The notes below the pieces were generated by a model that did not search any database, was not told where the DNA came from, and saw only the letters and a list, made by a program, of their open reading frames with translations. The position numbers and the translations under genes were made by a program. A DNA stretch of 64,000 nt from Eremomyces bilateralis CBS 781.70 (taxonomy: Eukaryota), in assembly GCA_010015585.1 (NCBI GenBank), contig ML975163.1; one strand, 5' to 3'. Of this stretch, positions 23,294-36,700 are shown in pieces. How positions within the stretch are numbered: position 1 is the first letter of the stretch; each line of letters starts with the position of its first letter.

Positions 23294-26200
23294 TCACTGC
23301 TTCAACCCAAGCATCCTCAGCCGCTCCTCGCTCATGCCCTCGAAGTGCTGGCGTCCCCGATCGTCGCTCTCCCGCTCACAGCTGCCATTCGTGCTCGGCG
23401 TCGCCAGCTGCACGGGGCTGGGGCCGCGAATCATGCCTTCCTTGCCTGGTGGTATCCCATTATGTTCGCTGGCTCCGTTCCGCTCCTCGTGTTCAACCGT
23501 TCCATTTCCGTCCTCGTGTGCGGGGCGCGGCAGATCGTCTCCGCCGACCATTCCGGCCATCTCGGCATCCTTGTCCGCTTCATCTGCAGGAGTCAGCACG
23601 TCCTCCTCTGCAGGTGGAGGAGGCGGAGGTGGAGGAGGAGGAGTGTCCATTTTCTGTCGTTTGCCCTCCGATGTGCCTCTCTCCACGTCTTCTGGGCTTG
23701 CTCCCGCCGTGGCTTCGCCTTCATCATCTCGTTTCCGCTTCCGATCCGGTGACGATGGCGTCTCTTCTGGCTCACCATCGTCCTCGTCGTCGGAAATGTC
23801 GTTGAGCATGTCATTCTCGTCGTCGAGATCGGCATCTTGTGGGGTTCCGTTCCCTGCCGTCGACTTCATCGCACGGCCAGCTACGAAAGCGAGAAGGCTC
23901 TCGGGAACGGGATCGGTGGGTGTTGTGGAACCATCCTGCTTCTTGGGTTCCTTATTTTCCTTGGCCTTCTTTTCGGCCTTGCGCTTATCATGATCGCGTT
24001 TCTTCGCTACGGCCTTGTCGAAGAAGTCTTTGACGAATTTCTTGATGTGGGACTCTTGCTTCTCGGTAAGCTTGGTGGGGTCGGTGATACGGTTGTTCTT
24101 GTAGTCAGAGGCGACGATTTTCTTGTTGATCTGCATGGGTCAGCTGACAGTATCGAAGCACCTCACTTCTCCCTTAAACTCACCTCTTTCGCAAAGCGCT
24201 TCAAGTCATCCGATGGCAGCTTCTTGGCATATCGTTTCATGGCGTCTTTAATGACCGACTTGAAGATGGTGTTCTCATAGAGCTTCATCTGCTTGTCCTT
24301 GCTGTAGCTCTTCCACTTCTCCGACTTCCGTTTGGCGCGTTCCCGTTCCTTGTCAAGCTTCGCCTCGTCTTTCCTCCGCTGTTCCTCCTCCCGCTCCTTA
24401 TCCGCGGTGCTTGGCGTGGTCGTTTCCTTGCTCTGCACAATGCCTTGAATGATCGCTTGTAGTTTCTGGGTATCGGTGACGGCTTTGTTCGGGGGCGGAG
24501 GTGGTGGTTGTGGAACGCCTGCAGGCTGCGTGGGAAAGGTCCAGGTCGTCTCGCCAGTGCCACTGTAATAGTACGTTCGGCCGTTGGCTTGCGCGACAAA
24601 CCAACCCGGCGGAAGTTGATTTCGGGGAGGAGGTGGTCGATGTGGAGGACGATAAGAGCCCGTCCGTTGCGACATGCTGCCTCGAGGCCCGGTTGGTGCA
24701 GACGGCCCTCGCGGGGGTGAACGAGAGCGTGATCGAGATCTTGACCGTGATCGAGCCCGTACATTTCGGCGATCGTCGGCGAAGGACTTGTTTGGGGTGG
24801 GGGTAGAAGCAGCAGCGTTGGGATCGCGTTTGATGCGAGGGATGCGGTAGCCGACTTGCAGTTGTGACCAGAGCCCAAGGATCTCTGTCGCTTGCTTTTC
24901 CACCCGCTCATCTCCACATGTTTTCAGCTTCTCCACGGTTTCCTCGATCTTCGAGTCCTGAACCTTGTTTCGGGTGATTCGAGGTAGACGGAACAGGATA
25001 TCGAGGACTTGGAGACACACATTGTGATCGTCGATCCACATGGCCAGGGTGGTCTTGAGGATCCGGTATCCGTGCATTTTGACGACGCGGTTCGTGACTT
25101 TCTCATCTTCGCATCGCTGGACGCGGCCGAGCAGCTTGACAGCGATCCATTTCTCCTTGCACTGCATGAGGGTCGCCATAACCTTGGTAACACCGCCCTC
25201 ATCGAGAGATCGGGGCTGCAGGCTATCCACGTAGTCCTCATCGTCTTCAGCCACCTTCTTCTTCCTGGGCTTCTTAGGAGCTGCAAAGTCCCAGCCATCC
25301 TCCTCATCGATACCAAGCGCCTCAATAGTCGCATGCGACAATTTCGTGCCTGCGTCGGTTTGCGTCTTGCCACCAATGAAACCGGTGCAGTTCGGTTCGG
25401 CACAATAGCAAGGTTGAGGGTCAGCACCATAACGGTCGACGTTGTAGTTGAAGACGAGCTCTTCACCCGCTTTGATGTTGCGCTCCGCGAAGATGCCCAT
25501 GCGGAGCTTATCGCCCACCACCCACTTGTCCACGTAACAATTCGGGTTGCAAGAATGATTGCAAAATCGTCCAAGGTTGCCTCGCTTCGTAGCATCGACG
25601 AATTCGCCTTTGCTCAGCGACATGAAATAGAAATGCTTGATGCCCGCTTCATCATATTGGATCATGCGGCGTCGGAAAGCGCCTTCCTGGATCACCTCGC
25701 CAATATACTCGAAGATGAACTCCTGTTCCTTCAGATCTGTATTCGCTCGTAGACCAAAGCCTTTCTTTTCCGTTTTGATGACTGAGACATCGGCGAATTG
25801 TCGTTTTTGGAACCGGAGGTTTTGGCAGTCGATCCCGCACCCGCAGTCACCGGTGCACTCCATCTTGGTGGCGCGATTAATGCAATCCGAATCTTCACCA
25901 CAGGCATGATTAACTCTGGTGATGGGGTCTGGAGCCAGTGTCAGTGAGTCCTTTGAAGAATATCATCAATAATTATCTTGGGGGAGTGACTTACCCCACT
26001 CTTCAGCGCAGTCGCACTCTAGCGCCGGCTCGGTATAGCCCAAATACTTCGCAGAATACTGGCAATCATTGATCACCTCAAAATGAGTGCATGCCTCATC
26101 CGTGGAGTCAGGTAAATGGTCGAATAATGGCGGTGGTCTCGCCACGACCTTCTTCGATGATGTTCGCGATAATCTTGGTGCCTTTCCTGGCTCCATCTTG

Positions 26201-26538
26201 AGTGCGATGTCGCCACCGATGGTTTGTTCGGTGTCGGATTCAGGATGTTCGAGAGGAGTAGATGATGGGCTTTCGCCCTTCGGGGGAGGGGATCGTGATG
26301 AACCAGATTGTGATGGAGCGCGCGAGCCGTTTTCACTTTTCACTTCCGGCTTGAATAGAGGGGCGCCATTGATGTGCGGAGTGGAAGAGCTTTCCCGGCT
26401 GACGGGTGGCTCGCCATTCACTGTGTCAGTCTCAGGCACATGGTCGGCGTTCGGGCCATCTTCCTCCTTGATATTCATCTCTCGGACCTCCAGCTCCAAT
26501 TCCTTCTCCAATTCCCTTTCCTCCTTGTGGTCCGACAT
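23294..26538 (-). CDS. SET2: Histone H3K36 methyltransferase Set2 (AWS-SET-postSET, WW, SRI)
   Basis: Motifs [24 protein letters not shown] and [12 protein letters not shown] domain LPPGW..YYY..TTWTFP; SRI-like C-terminus. Exons 26538-25995, 25928-24184 and 24130-23294. Confidence 0.95.
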
Positions 26539-27527
26539 GGTGGATGAAGCGATCGAAAGGGGCTGGATGAATAAGGTGCGCGGTTGTGTAGTGGTAGATC
26601 CGATCGATCAGCGGGTAGAAGAGAAGGTAGGTAGTGTTGCGAACAGGATTTATCGTGGATTGGTGAACCAAGGGGAAGGGACAACGGCGGGAGAAAACCA
26701 GATCTTGGACGGCCGGAATCGAGATCCCAACCCAAATTTCATGCGTCCCGCACAGCAGCTATCCTCATTAAATCCCCCAGTGATCCTCTGCAATCCTCTA
26801 TGATCCTGTTCTGCCTCATGCGCTCGTGGTATGACCGCGCCTGGGGGGAATGTGTCGACGTGGTGACAGGACAATGGGCTGCGAAGGTAGGAACTGCTGC
26901 AGCAACTCCAACCGGTTCAACCGCCGTATGGTCTCTCAGGACTCTTATCCCCGTTCAATACCCAATCCGAATAGTAATACTGGTGAAATCTCTTATAATG
27001 AGCGACCGCATTCAACAGCGCTGACCGGGTAAAGTGTGTAGGAGCCGTGGTTTTGTGAGCGCGGCGTAAGCACCATCTCAGTCTGTTGTCATTGTTCGGA
27101 TAACGGTCGGTATCCTTCGCGGGATAGTGGATGCAATCGATTGTCGGCCTTCTGATACACGGTCTCAGATTCCTCCGCGATTCTCACGAGGAAGCGTGGT
27201 GCTGGATTGTCAAAAGAAGGGTTCGACACATTCGAAGGGAAGATGGCGAATGGCTTTCCACTTTCCAGGGCTTAACCCGAATACGGCAAAGCTCGGATTT
27301 TACACCAGACGCCAGACATCAACCATCGCCCCCTCAAATCATTCCTGAGCGTGCAATTCTACCCTTCTACACAAGAATTTGGCTGATAAAACAGGTTCTC
27401 CTATTGTCTCTGTATAATCAATGTGCCCTACAGACCAAATTATTCCCTCGTGATGCTCGTGTTCCCCCATAACCCGCTATGCAGTACCGACCCTCGCCTC
27501 CAGCCGTTCCCCTCAGCCCTTGGACCC

Positions 27528-30500
27528 TTACCGTTTCGGAGCTGGAAACTCGTCCTCCAGCACCAAGCTCGCCTTCACATTCATACTCAGCAGCTCCTGA
27601 ATCAGCAACTTCGCGGCATATGGCAACGTCATCCGCACCATGCCTTTGGAGCTCTCGCACGTCTGACACCAGCCTTTATACCCCATCATCCCGCACACTT
27701 CGCAGATATCGCACTCGTGGGCATCGCTGCTGATCATCAGCCGCTCTAGCAACAGTTGGCTCGCTCCATACGCAATCAAACAATCGCGCTCCATCTCTCC
27801 CAGCCGCAGCCCACCATCCCTTGATCGACCTTCTGTGGGCTGTCGCGTCAGGATGGCACGAGGACCTCGGGCTCGCGCGTGCATCTTGTCTTGGACCATG
27901 TGCTTGAGCTTCTGATAGTAGATCGGCCCGGTAAAGACATAGGCAGGTAGACATTCGCCGGTGATCCCGCTGGTCAGCCCGTCCTTCCCCGCGTAACTAA
28001 ACCCGTGCTGGACGAGGATGTCCGCCATGTCCTCGATCTTACTGCCGCCAAACGCCGTGCCGTATCCGAAATCGCCAGACATCACGCCCGCTTTTCCGGC
28101 GACGAGCTCGAGCATCTTGCCGACCGTCATGCGCGATGGGAAACCGTGTGGGTTCATGATGACGTCCGGGACGACGCCTTTGTCCGAGAACGGCATGTCG
28201 GCTTGCTCGGCGATGAGGCCGACGACGCCCTTTTGCCCGTGGCGGGAGGAGAACTTGTCACCGAGTTCGGGGATCCGGGTCTGTCGGGTTTGGATCTTGA
28301 TAATGGTCGCGTCGCTTTCGTTGAGGGTGAACATGACTTTGTCAATATAGCAGGGGTCCGGGAGCTTGTACGATAAGAAGGTGTTACGGTACTCGGTGTT
28401 TCGTGAGTTGGAGACCACGCTCAAACCCGCGGTGGTGTTCACGGGCGTTTGTTTGAGGAGGATGAAGTGGTCTTTTTCGACCTTCTCTCCAACTTCGACG
28501 CACCCGTCTCTTCCGATTTTCTCGAACCGTCGTTCTCCTTCTACTCGTGACTGCTCATTGATCCGTTCCATGCTTCCGCTGTGGTATTTCTTGAGAGGCG
28601 TGCTGACCTTTCGGAAGACTTGACATCTGCCAAACCCTCGGTCGCATGATGCCTTGTTCAAGACGAGAGCGTCCTCGATGTCGTAGCCTGAGTAGGACAT
28701 AACCGCAACGGTAGCATTCTGTCCGGCTGGCAGCTTGTCGTATTTGATCAACTCGATCGTTCGAGTCTTGCACATTGGTTTCTGAGGGTATACCATGAGG
28801 TACAATAATGTATCGATTCGGTTGAACTGATTATATGCAATGGCACCGATGGCTTGCTTGCCCATTGCACATTGGTAGGTATTTCGGGGTGATTGATTGT
28901 GGTGAGGGTAAGGGATGAGACCTGCAACGGCACCGAGAAGGGTGAACGGTTCAATCTCAAGATGAGTGGTTGTAGCGTCAATATCTGGTTCGTAGATGGC
29001 AATGTTCGAGTCGTTCTCTTCGTTGACATCGAGGTACTCGACTACTCCGCAGGACAAGAAGTCATCGAAAGCCATGGTGCCTTTCCGTAGCGCGTCGAGG
29101 TGTTTCGCTGTGACTCGCGACTTCGAATTCTCCACCACGATGAGAGGTCTGCAAATACGTCCTTCATCCGTGGCAATGTGAACCGCGTTATAATGGTGGT
29201 TGATATGAATGCTCACGAATTCGGAAATCTTCCCCATCCTCCGGAATTTCCGAAATGCGTTGAGATACCGCTTCGGTTGCTGAGTAAGGGCGAGGGGGGT
29301 CCCGTTGATGAAGACGATATAGGATCCATCCTTGTACATCTCCTCCCCGCTCGCGGTAGTAACATCTTCAGCTCCAAGGATGAAGACAAGCTTTCGTACG
29401 GGTTCTTCGTCATCTTCGGTGGTGATGTGGGTCATCAGCGCCAGATTCTTGACCAGACCGCAGGCTTCTCCTTCCGGAGTATCGGCCGGACATAACATCC
29501 CGAATTGAGATGGCTGGAGAGCACGAGGACCGCTGACTTTTCGTGTCTTTTCGAACTGACTGGATATTCTCGTCATCATTCCAAGCGCGCTTATATAACT
29601 CAGACGGCTGAGGACGTGAGTAACTCCTGCTCGCTCCATCTTGAACCGCTTGAGACTCCAATTTCCCGTAGAAATGGCCCTTTCCATTCCCTGTGTGATG
29701 CTTCCCACATGAAGACTGAGGAAATCTCCTGCATCAAACGAAGCGCCTCGATTCGTTTTCCCGAGGACTTTGTCGACCCTTAGCTTGAATTCGTGATTGA
29801 ATCTCTTGAAATGGTCCTCGAACAGCAGCGAGAGCATCTGTCCGGCAAGTTCGAGCCTCTTATTTCCGACATAGTCACGATCGTCGATAAGTGTGGGATC
29901 GTGCATAGTCATCAGAACTCTTCGGACCATAAATGCAATGTAGATGGCCTTCGGTTTGAAGTTCATCCCTAAAACCGGTACATGCGTAATGATGATGGAA
30001 GCGAGCGCCTCCATAGCTTCGTGTTGGTGGTTTCGTTTTTGGGACGTTCCCACAGGTTTTCTCATGATCCTGACTCGGCTGCCAATATATTCCAAGGCCT
30101 GGACTTGGGTGAAGACCTCTTCTCGTACGGCATCTTCGAAGTTGATGGCGAAGAAGTCTTGGTAGATGACATCTGCTCCTGCGACTAGACCCATGATTTC
30201 TTGATCAGACTGTATTCCCATCGCTTTCAGAATAATGACGATTGGGACATCCTCTTGGAGAATGTTGTGCTTGAGGAATATATGGCCCTTCTTCAGCAGC
30301 ACATAGGTCTTGGACTTCCTCTCGTGTGTTGAGCTGGTGACCGACGCCTGGATTATGCCTTTCATCGCTTCCACGATAACTCGGTTTTTGCTGAGTTGCT
30401 CCTGCACGAGAATAACTTTCTCTTGACCACGAACAATGAAGTATCCGCCGGGGTCAATTGAGCATTCGTTAAGGCCGGCAAGCTCGGCATCCGTACGGTC

Positions 30501-31276
30501 ACTCAGAGTGCAAATTTTGCTTCGCAACATGACCGGCAATCTTGCAACGCGGACATTTCTCCGTCTGACAGCATGTTTGTCCCGCTTGTATACAATGTCG
30601 ACTACCACAGGAGCCGAGTATGTCATGTCTCGAAGTCGGCATTCGTTCGGGGTGACGCTGGATTTGCCAGCGAATCGCTCGTTGTTGTCTTCCTCGACAC
30701 GATTTGGCGCAAGCACTCGGATATCCTCATATCTATCGTACCGGGTTAGCCAGTCTTCGTGTGTATTGCCTCTCCGTATTATCTTACTTGAGGAACCACC
30801 TGCTGTCCACATCGCTTCGCACATATTGGTTGGCTTTGACAATGTTCTTCAGCTCAACGTCGACGAAGTAATTGAAGCTGTCGATGTGCTGCTTCACGAG
30901 CCCTTTGACCTGGAGGAAGGCCGGCAGTAGATTCCACTTATCCCGTGCGGTGTCGATGGGGTCTGTCAAATGCTTGCCGTCGTAGAAAGGTTTCAGAAGC
31001 TCGTCGAATTCCACCTGCCGTTTTGGCCCCGGCGCTGAAGTTGCAGCAGAATGAGTCGGTTGTGGTCCGTTTTGTGATGCTTCGAACATTGCTCCACCTT
31101 GGTCCGCCTTCGGTTTCGCCCGTGGTGCCCGTTTCTTCGCTGTTTTCTGCTCCGCCTACGTCTTGTGAGTAGATTGACAAAGTGAGGCAATTGGGAAAGA
31201 ATCGTACCTGGGCAGAACTCTCTGGAGCCTCTGCAGGAATTTCGGCCGCAGCCGCCTTCCGCGCCTTCGGAGGCAT
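27528..31276 (-). CDS. RET1: DNA-directed RNA polymerase III second-largest subunit (RPC2/C128)
   Basis: Motifs [41 protein letters not shown] and [12 protein letters not shown]; Pol III-type [10 protein letters not shown] and [14 protein letters not shown]. Two 5' introns (31207-31156 and about 30788-30733). Confidence 0.95.
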
Positions 31277-33793
31277 CTTAGACGGTGATCGTAAACCTCC
31301 CCTCGTGCTCAGGATCGAAAGTCAATTTCATCAGCCCTATGACTTCGGAAAGAAAATCGAGCTCGGTGGTATTATAAATGGTGAGCCAGAATCTTTGATG
31401 GCACTAATACTGTATGGCAGGGATTGTCGTTCGTGGTGGGGTTGAGGGATGGATTTGATTGGCTCCCTGAATCTTGTTCTATTCCTATGATCGCGATCTG
31501 ATATTTGGAGTCTCAGAGTCAAATCCGAATGCCATTCACTTCCGCCCTGATAATTCAGACTGGGTCCCGTGACCGCTTTATGTCGCTCTAGAGAGAGCTA
31601 GATCATGAAGTAATATTGAGTACGCCCGCGTAGGAACATAGTTACCTCCGATTCGCTCTAGGCTGCTCCCTCGGCGTCATCCAGTCATTCAACCGTGAAT
31701 ATCAATTTCTCCAGAGTGTACGGAGTACAACTTTCCTCAAAGCATCACTGTACTCATTTTACAAGGATCTCTGGGACAGAGAGTTGATGGTGCACCCAAC
31801 TATTTAGATGTCGAGCACGCGCTTTACTTGGTCCAGATTAGGATCTGCGTTGCGAACAGCCAACCGCAGTCAAGCACATATTCAAGTTGGCTAATTAGTG
31901 ATGCATTGGAATTTGGAAGTCTGGAATTGTATGGTTCCTTACAAAATGAATTTCAACAATGGTGGTATATTCGGAAATGTTAGTCAAGTCATCGACCCAA
32001 TAACCGTTCCAGGATTTGGTCCGGACAACCATTTGATGCATTGGCTGGATTGAGATATGCAGTCCTTTTGTGTCTCCTCCGATAGTAAATCATTATTAAT
32101 ATTAATAATGGTCGAAATCGGTCTACATTTCACCTTGAACTTTCCATCCAGGAACTCCTCCTCTGTGTCGTGCTGACACCTCCACTGTACTGTCCTTGTC
32201 GTGCAGCCACCAATGATGCTCCGGACTTTGAGACATGCAACTGAGCCTTCATCCGAACCAAGTCGAGTACATTATTACGATCCAGCCGTTACAAAGCTTT
32301 TTCTCCATCACCTTTTTTACATCCTAGAGACGAACGGAACAAACACGATCGAGATCAAAGGCCCCAGCTGACGAAGGTCCGATACCCCGTCGTTGCTCTT
32401 CTAGCAGAGCTCTCGAACACGGTATGGCGGACGCCAATCGGATATCCAGTCACCAGTGACCGGAGTAATAGTCTACTGTTGCGTACTATATGAACAAAAT
32501 ATTGAAATGTGGGGAGAGTGCGTCTTCGGCTCATGACTGCGTGTTCCCCGAATCCATGTAGCACCAGCAACCATGTCATGCACTGCCTGTGCGACGGCCA
32601 TTTCTCTGGCTCCCTGGTGGTGGCGGCGTATCTACTGCATGCACGTCGTTACGTGCTGGCAACTATCCGTGGAGCGCGATCGGAACCAGCGTCGCCTCGC
32701 CAAATTCCGAACGGACTCGAAGCCCACTGGGCTTTGTCGGGAGCGTGCTGCTGCGACCTTATGGTCAGCGTCCGTATGGATAGGTTCACCGGCGGCAGCG
32801 CCCGTGAATGGAGGATTCGATATCGGCGCCCTCGTTGCCCCTCTCCGACAAGCACCTGCATTGCAAATGGATAGGCATAACCTAGTAGCAATTCCCCAGA
32901 CGATGGTCGCTTGGGGGTTGGGCGCAGGTTGGCGGTGGCGTGCGCTTAGCAACCCAGTATTAGCTCAGGTCCCGCCAGGGTTAAGGTCTGGCAACCACTC
33001 GCAGTCAACTCTGCTGCAGCTTGTTGGCTTGCTCTCAGAAACACTCTTGAGGCTTGAAGTGCTCCAGGGGTGGGGGAGTGGTCTTCCGCAATCCGCACCC
33101 GCTCGGCCCAGGCGTCGCTGTGCTGTCTTGTACCTCCGTACTCTGGTTGAAGTCTGTAGATGAATTGTCCAACAAAGAGTCCAATCCCATGATCATTGCA
33201 CACAAGTCGCCCGTTCCACTATATCGTGAATTGATCGGCCTGCCGTACCTCGTCCTACTGCTGACCTCGCTGTGCGGAAACGCGACCACCTTGGCCTGAC
33301 AGCTCCCCCTGGGGATTTCTGATTTCTTCCTGCCTCCGAGTGGAAAATAGTAACAGCGAAATCAGAGGGCATTCAACGACGCTGGGCGACTGAGCGACTG
33401 AGCAGTTGAGCAGTGCGCGCCTCGCCTCCCCACATTCGCTTTGATCCACCTGTGCTCCTCGGCCGCCAAGAAGTCATTGCGGGAATGGCTCGTTGACCCA
33501 CGGTCATCCCAACCACACCTACGACTTCATTCATCCAACAATATTTCGGGAAAAAAGGCCGTTTAGAAGACAGACGAGTTTCTCTTGTGAGTGCTCCTCT
33601 CAAATTTCTGGTGTGGCAGCGCGTCGGTGGTTTCGGACGCCTTGGAACCTCCACGCTCCGCGGGCTCTGCATCTCCTCCGAGTCCACTCCTGAATCGACG
33701 TAACCCTTCACCGCCCGGACCCGCCTCTCCAGCATGAAGTCGACTTCCGCAACCACATCGCTTACAATTTGATCCCAGAGGCAGGAACTCGCC

Positions 33794-36700
33794 ATGGCTT
33801 TCTCGAGCGGCCTAGGCGACGGCGCCGACAACATGCGTTACCCTCCCCAATCGCCCGATCGCGATTCGTCCTTCTCCACCTATACCTCCTCCAACCTTCG
33901 TGGCATTGGGACCCAGATGCATACGCAAACCTCCCAGCCTTCGACCATGGCCGATCCACGAGCGAGCCTCCACCGAAGGTTTACCACCAACACCATCACG
34001 ACGCTACCTACGCTGTCGTCACTTTCATTGAGCCCTTTGTCGCCAATTGGGCAGCAGCGCAGACAGGCGGCCGAGCATATTGATGTACTTTCATCGGTGA
34101 GTGGGATATTCCTATTGTCTGTTATTATGGTTGTCCGAGTCGCTATACATGGTGAAGTACGTCTGCCTGGATGGACTGTATCCTCGAGGGTGTGCCTATT
34201 GTCACTTGCGACTCACTTTCCTCCCCTCAATGGCACATGCAATTAACTATTGTGTCTATTGTGTCGTGGGCATACCCAACAATACCCAAATCCTCTTCAC
34301 CCTTCAATCTATTCCCTCTCCTCCTATACAATCTCAACTCTCTTCTTTTTTATATCTCCCACCCCTCTTCTTTCCTCCATCTCTCACCCTTTCTATCTTC
34401 CCTCTACTTTAATCAAGTTCTCATCTTCCATCCTCTACTTGTACCTCTTTCTTACTTATCTTCCACTCCCTTCCTCCATCTCACTCATCTCTTCCTCTCT
34501 CTTCATTCGGGACCAATCTATCTATCACAAAGCTACTTCCTCTTTTTCATAACCGCTAACATGGATTGGGCCCAGGCATTCAATACCAAAATCCAAGCAG
34601 TAAGTTGCCCATTCCTTTCTGATTTGCCTTTGTTCGCCTGTTTTGATCCTTTGGAACATTTCGTCCGTGTGAATATTTTCACTTTGCCCTACCCAAGCGC
34701 ATGCTGTGGTTCGTTCAGGCGGAAGGCAAGCTCCTATGACTGTTTTGGAAAGTTATGGACCCTAGACGGGACGGACCGCTGGGAATCTGTCTGCACGCAC
34801 TCGTTTCTGTCTTGTGGATATGCCCTCCCATGATGTCTTCTATTATGCGTTATCTTCATGTCTTCCCCACGAGAGTTTTTCTGTTGTTGCAAGTAATCAC
34901 CACTTTGTAACTCAGAAAGCTGCTCTTGTGATGGCCGTCACCTGTACTAGGAACATTCATTTGTCCCTTGCGACCCATGATTAGCCTAGGCTGGCAGCGT
35001 CCTCGCGTTACTGCTGCGATTGTCTTCTTTCATTGATTGTTGCTCGCGGCGTTGTTTCAGTATGTGCGGTTTGCGCTCAGCTTATATTCTTGAGATGGTC
35101 TTCTTTCCCGAGAGGGGCATTGATTAGTCGTTCTTGGCGCTTTTCCTTAGCAGAGGCAAGCTATCAGATGCTTCACTGTGTTACTGTAATGGTTTCTTTC
35201 TCGTGATAGGACTTCATTTGTCGTGCATGGCCATTGTATGCACCCAGCCATGCTGTGGCTGCGGCTGTGATGGCCGTTCCCCTTGCGTTCATTTGTTGTT
35301 CTCGACACTTTCCACTCGGCATGCCGCTTGAGATGTTGTGCCTTGCACTGTCAGCCTGATTCCACTTCACAACAAGAACCGTGATGTTTACTTCACCTCT
35401 TGCTCTTTATCTATTCCCTTTTACCTTGCGCTGCCTAACGTGTTTCTCTCCATTTCGCTACTTATTTTTTCCGTGTCAGCCAGCTTATTGGCGTGCGTCG
35501 ATTGTGCGCTCCCCGAAGGACAACGCGAACCTCGCGTGCCCGCCTGCAATGTTGGTTCTGCTACGAGTTACAAATGCTATTTTGTCAACCAAGACCCAAG
35601 TTTCTTCACTCACTAACATATTTTCAGTTTGACAAGAAGAAGGCTGAACAAGCGTTCCTTCGCGAGCAGCGACGAAGATTCCAGTCTGAAATGGACTTCT
35701 TCGATCGCCAGTCAGGACAAGACGATGACATGTTCCGTCAGCAAGACTCGGAGTTTGGGACCCTCCTAGGTCCGCAGAGTGAACCCACCACTCCTCCCGA
35801 GTTGAGAGAGAGCAATGGCTTCGCCTCCTACTCGCGTGGAACGCGGTATTCTCTGTCCGGGTCCAGCATGAGTTCCGCCTTAGGATTCGGAACACCGTTC
35901 TCGTCCATGGCCACACGCTCGGGATCCCAAGCTTTCATCCCTCCGCAGACTCAGTCGATGATGTCGCATAATCCGTCCAAATCGGTTCCCGGATCGCGAC
36001 GTAACTCGGAAGAGGAGGATGAGGTTGAGCATGAACTCCCAATGTTAAACGCCCATTCTGGAACCAAAACGTGAGTCGAGCTTTGCTGACAGTTGCTGAT
36101 TTATTCTCAGAGTCGTTTTGCTTTTGCATTGCAGTCGTTTTTGCGGAAATCACCTGATACAGTCACGTTGCGGCCTTGGAGCGTTGCATGTGTGAATTGT
36201 GTGTGTGTTTTGATTTCGCACATCAAAGTGAATTTCGTCCGCTCTTCGCATCTTTTCTTCTCACTTAGCCACGTCTCACCTCGCATATCACATCACTCAA
36301 CCATTTTCATTTTTGCTTCTCCAAAACAGCTGTACTTCATCTTCCCGACTGAGTTCTTATTGCCAAAAGACCTTTGTCGATTATTCGTTGTTCAATCAAG
36401 CTACCTCCTTGCGTCATTTTGTTATATCAGGAACATTCAATCGCGCTCCTCACCTGTGACGCGACTGACAGAAGTCAAGTTTCAACCGGAATTCCCTGCC
36501 AGCTGGTGCGATCGGAAACCTTCCAAACATCGGGGCCGCTTTCGAGCACGTCGATACTCACTCGTCACTCCTTGACGACGACGAGGATCCGCTTGCTCTC
36601 ACGTCGAGATCTAACCGCAACTCCGTGCATCGGAATTCTCTCACCTTAGAACGGAAGAAGTACTATTCCATCAACGACGACGGCATGCCAGTCCTTCGCA

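Noticed and set aside
32355..33449. Cluster of short ORFs upstream of PUF4
   Set aside because: Multiple overlapping frames without motifs; consistent with promoter or 5' UTR sequence.
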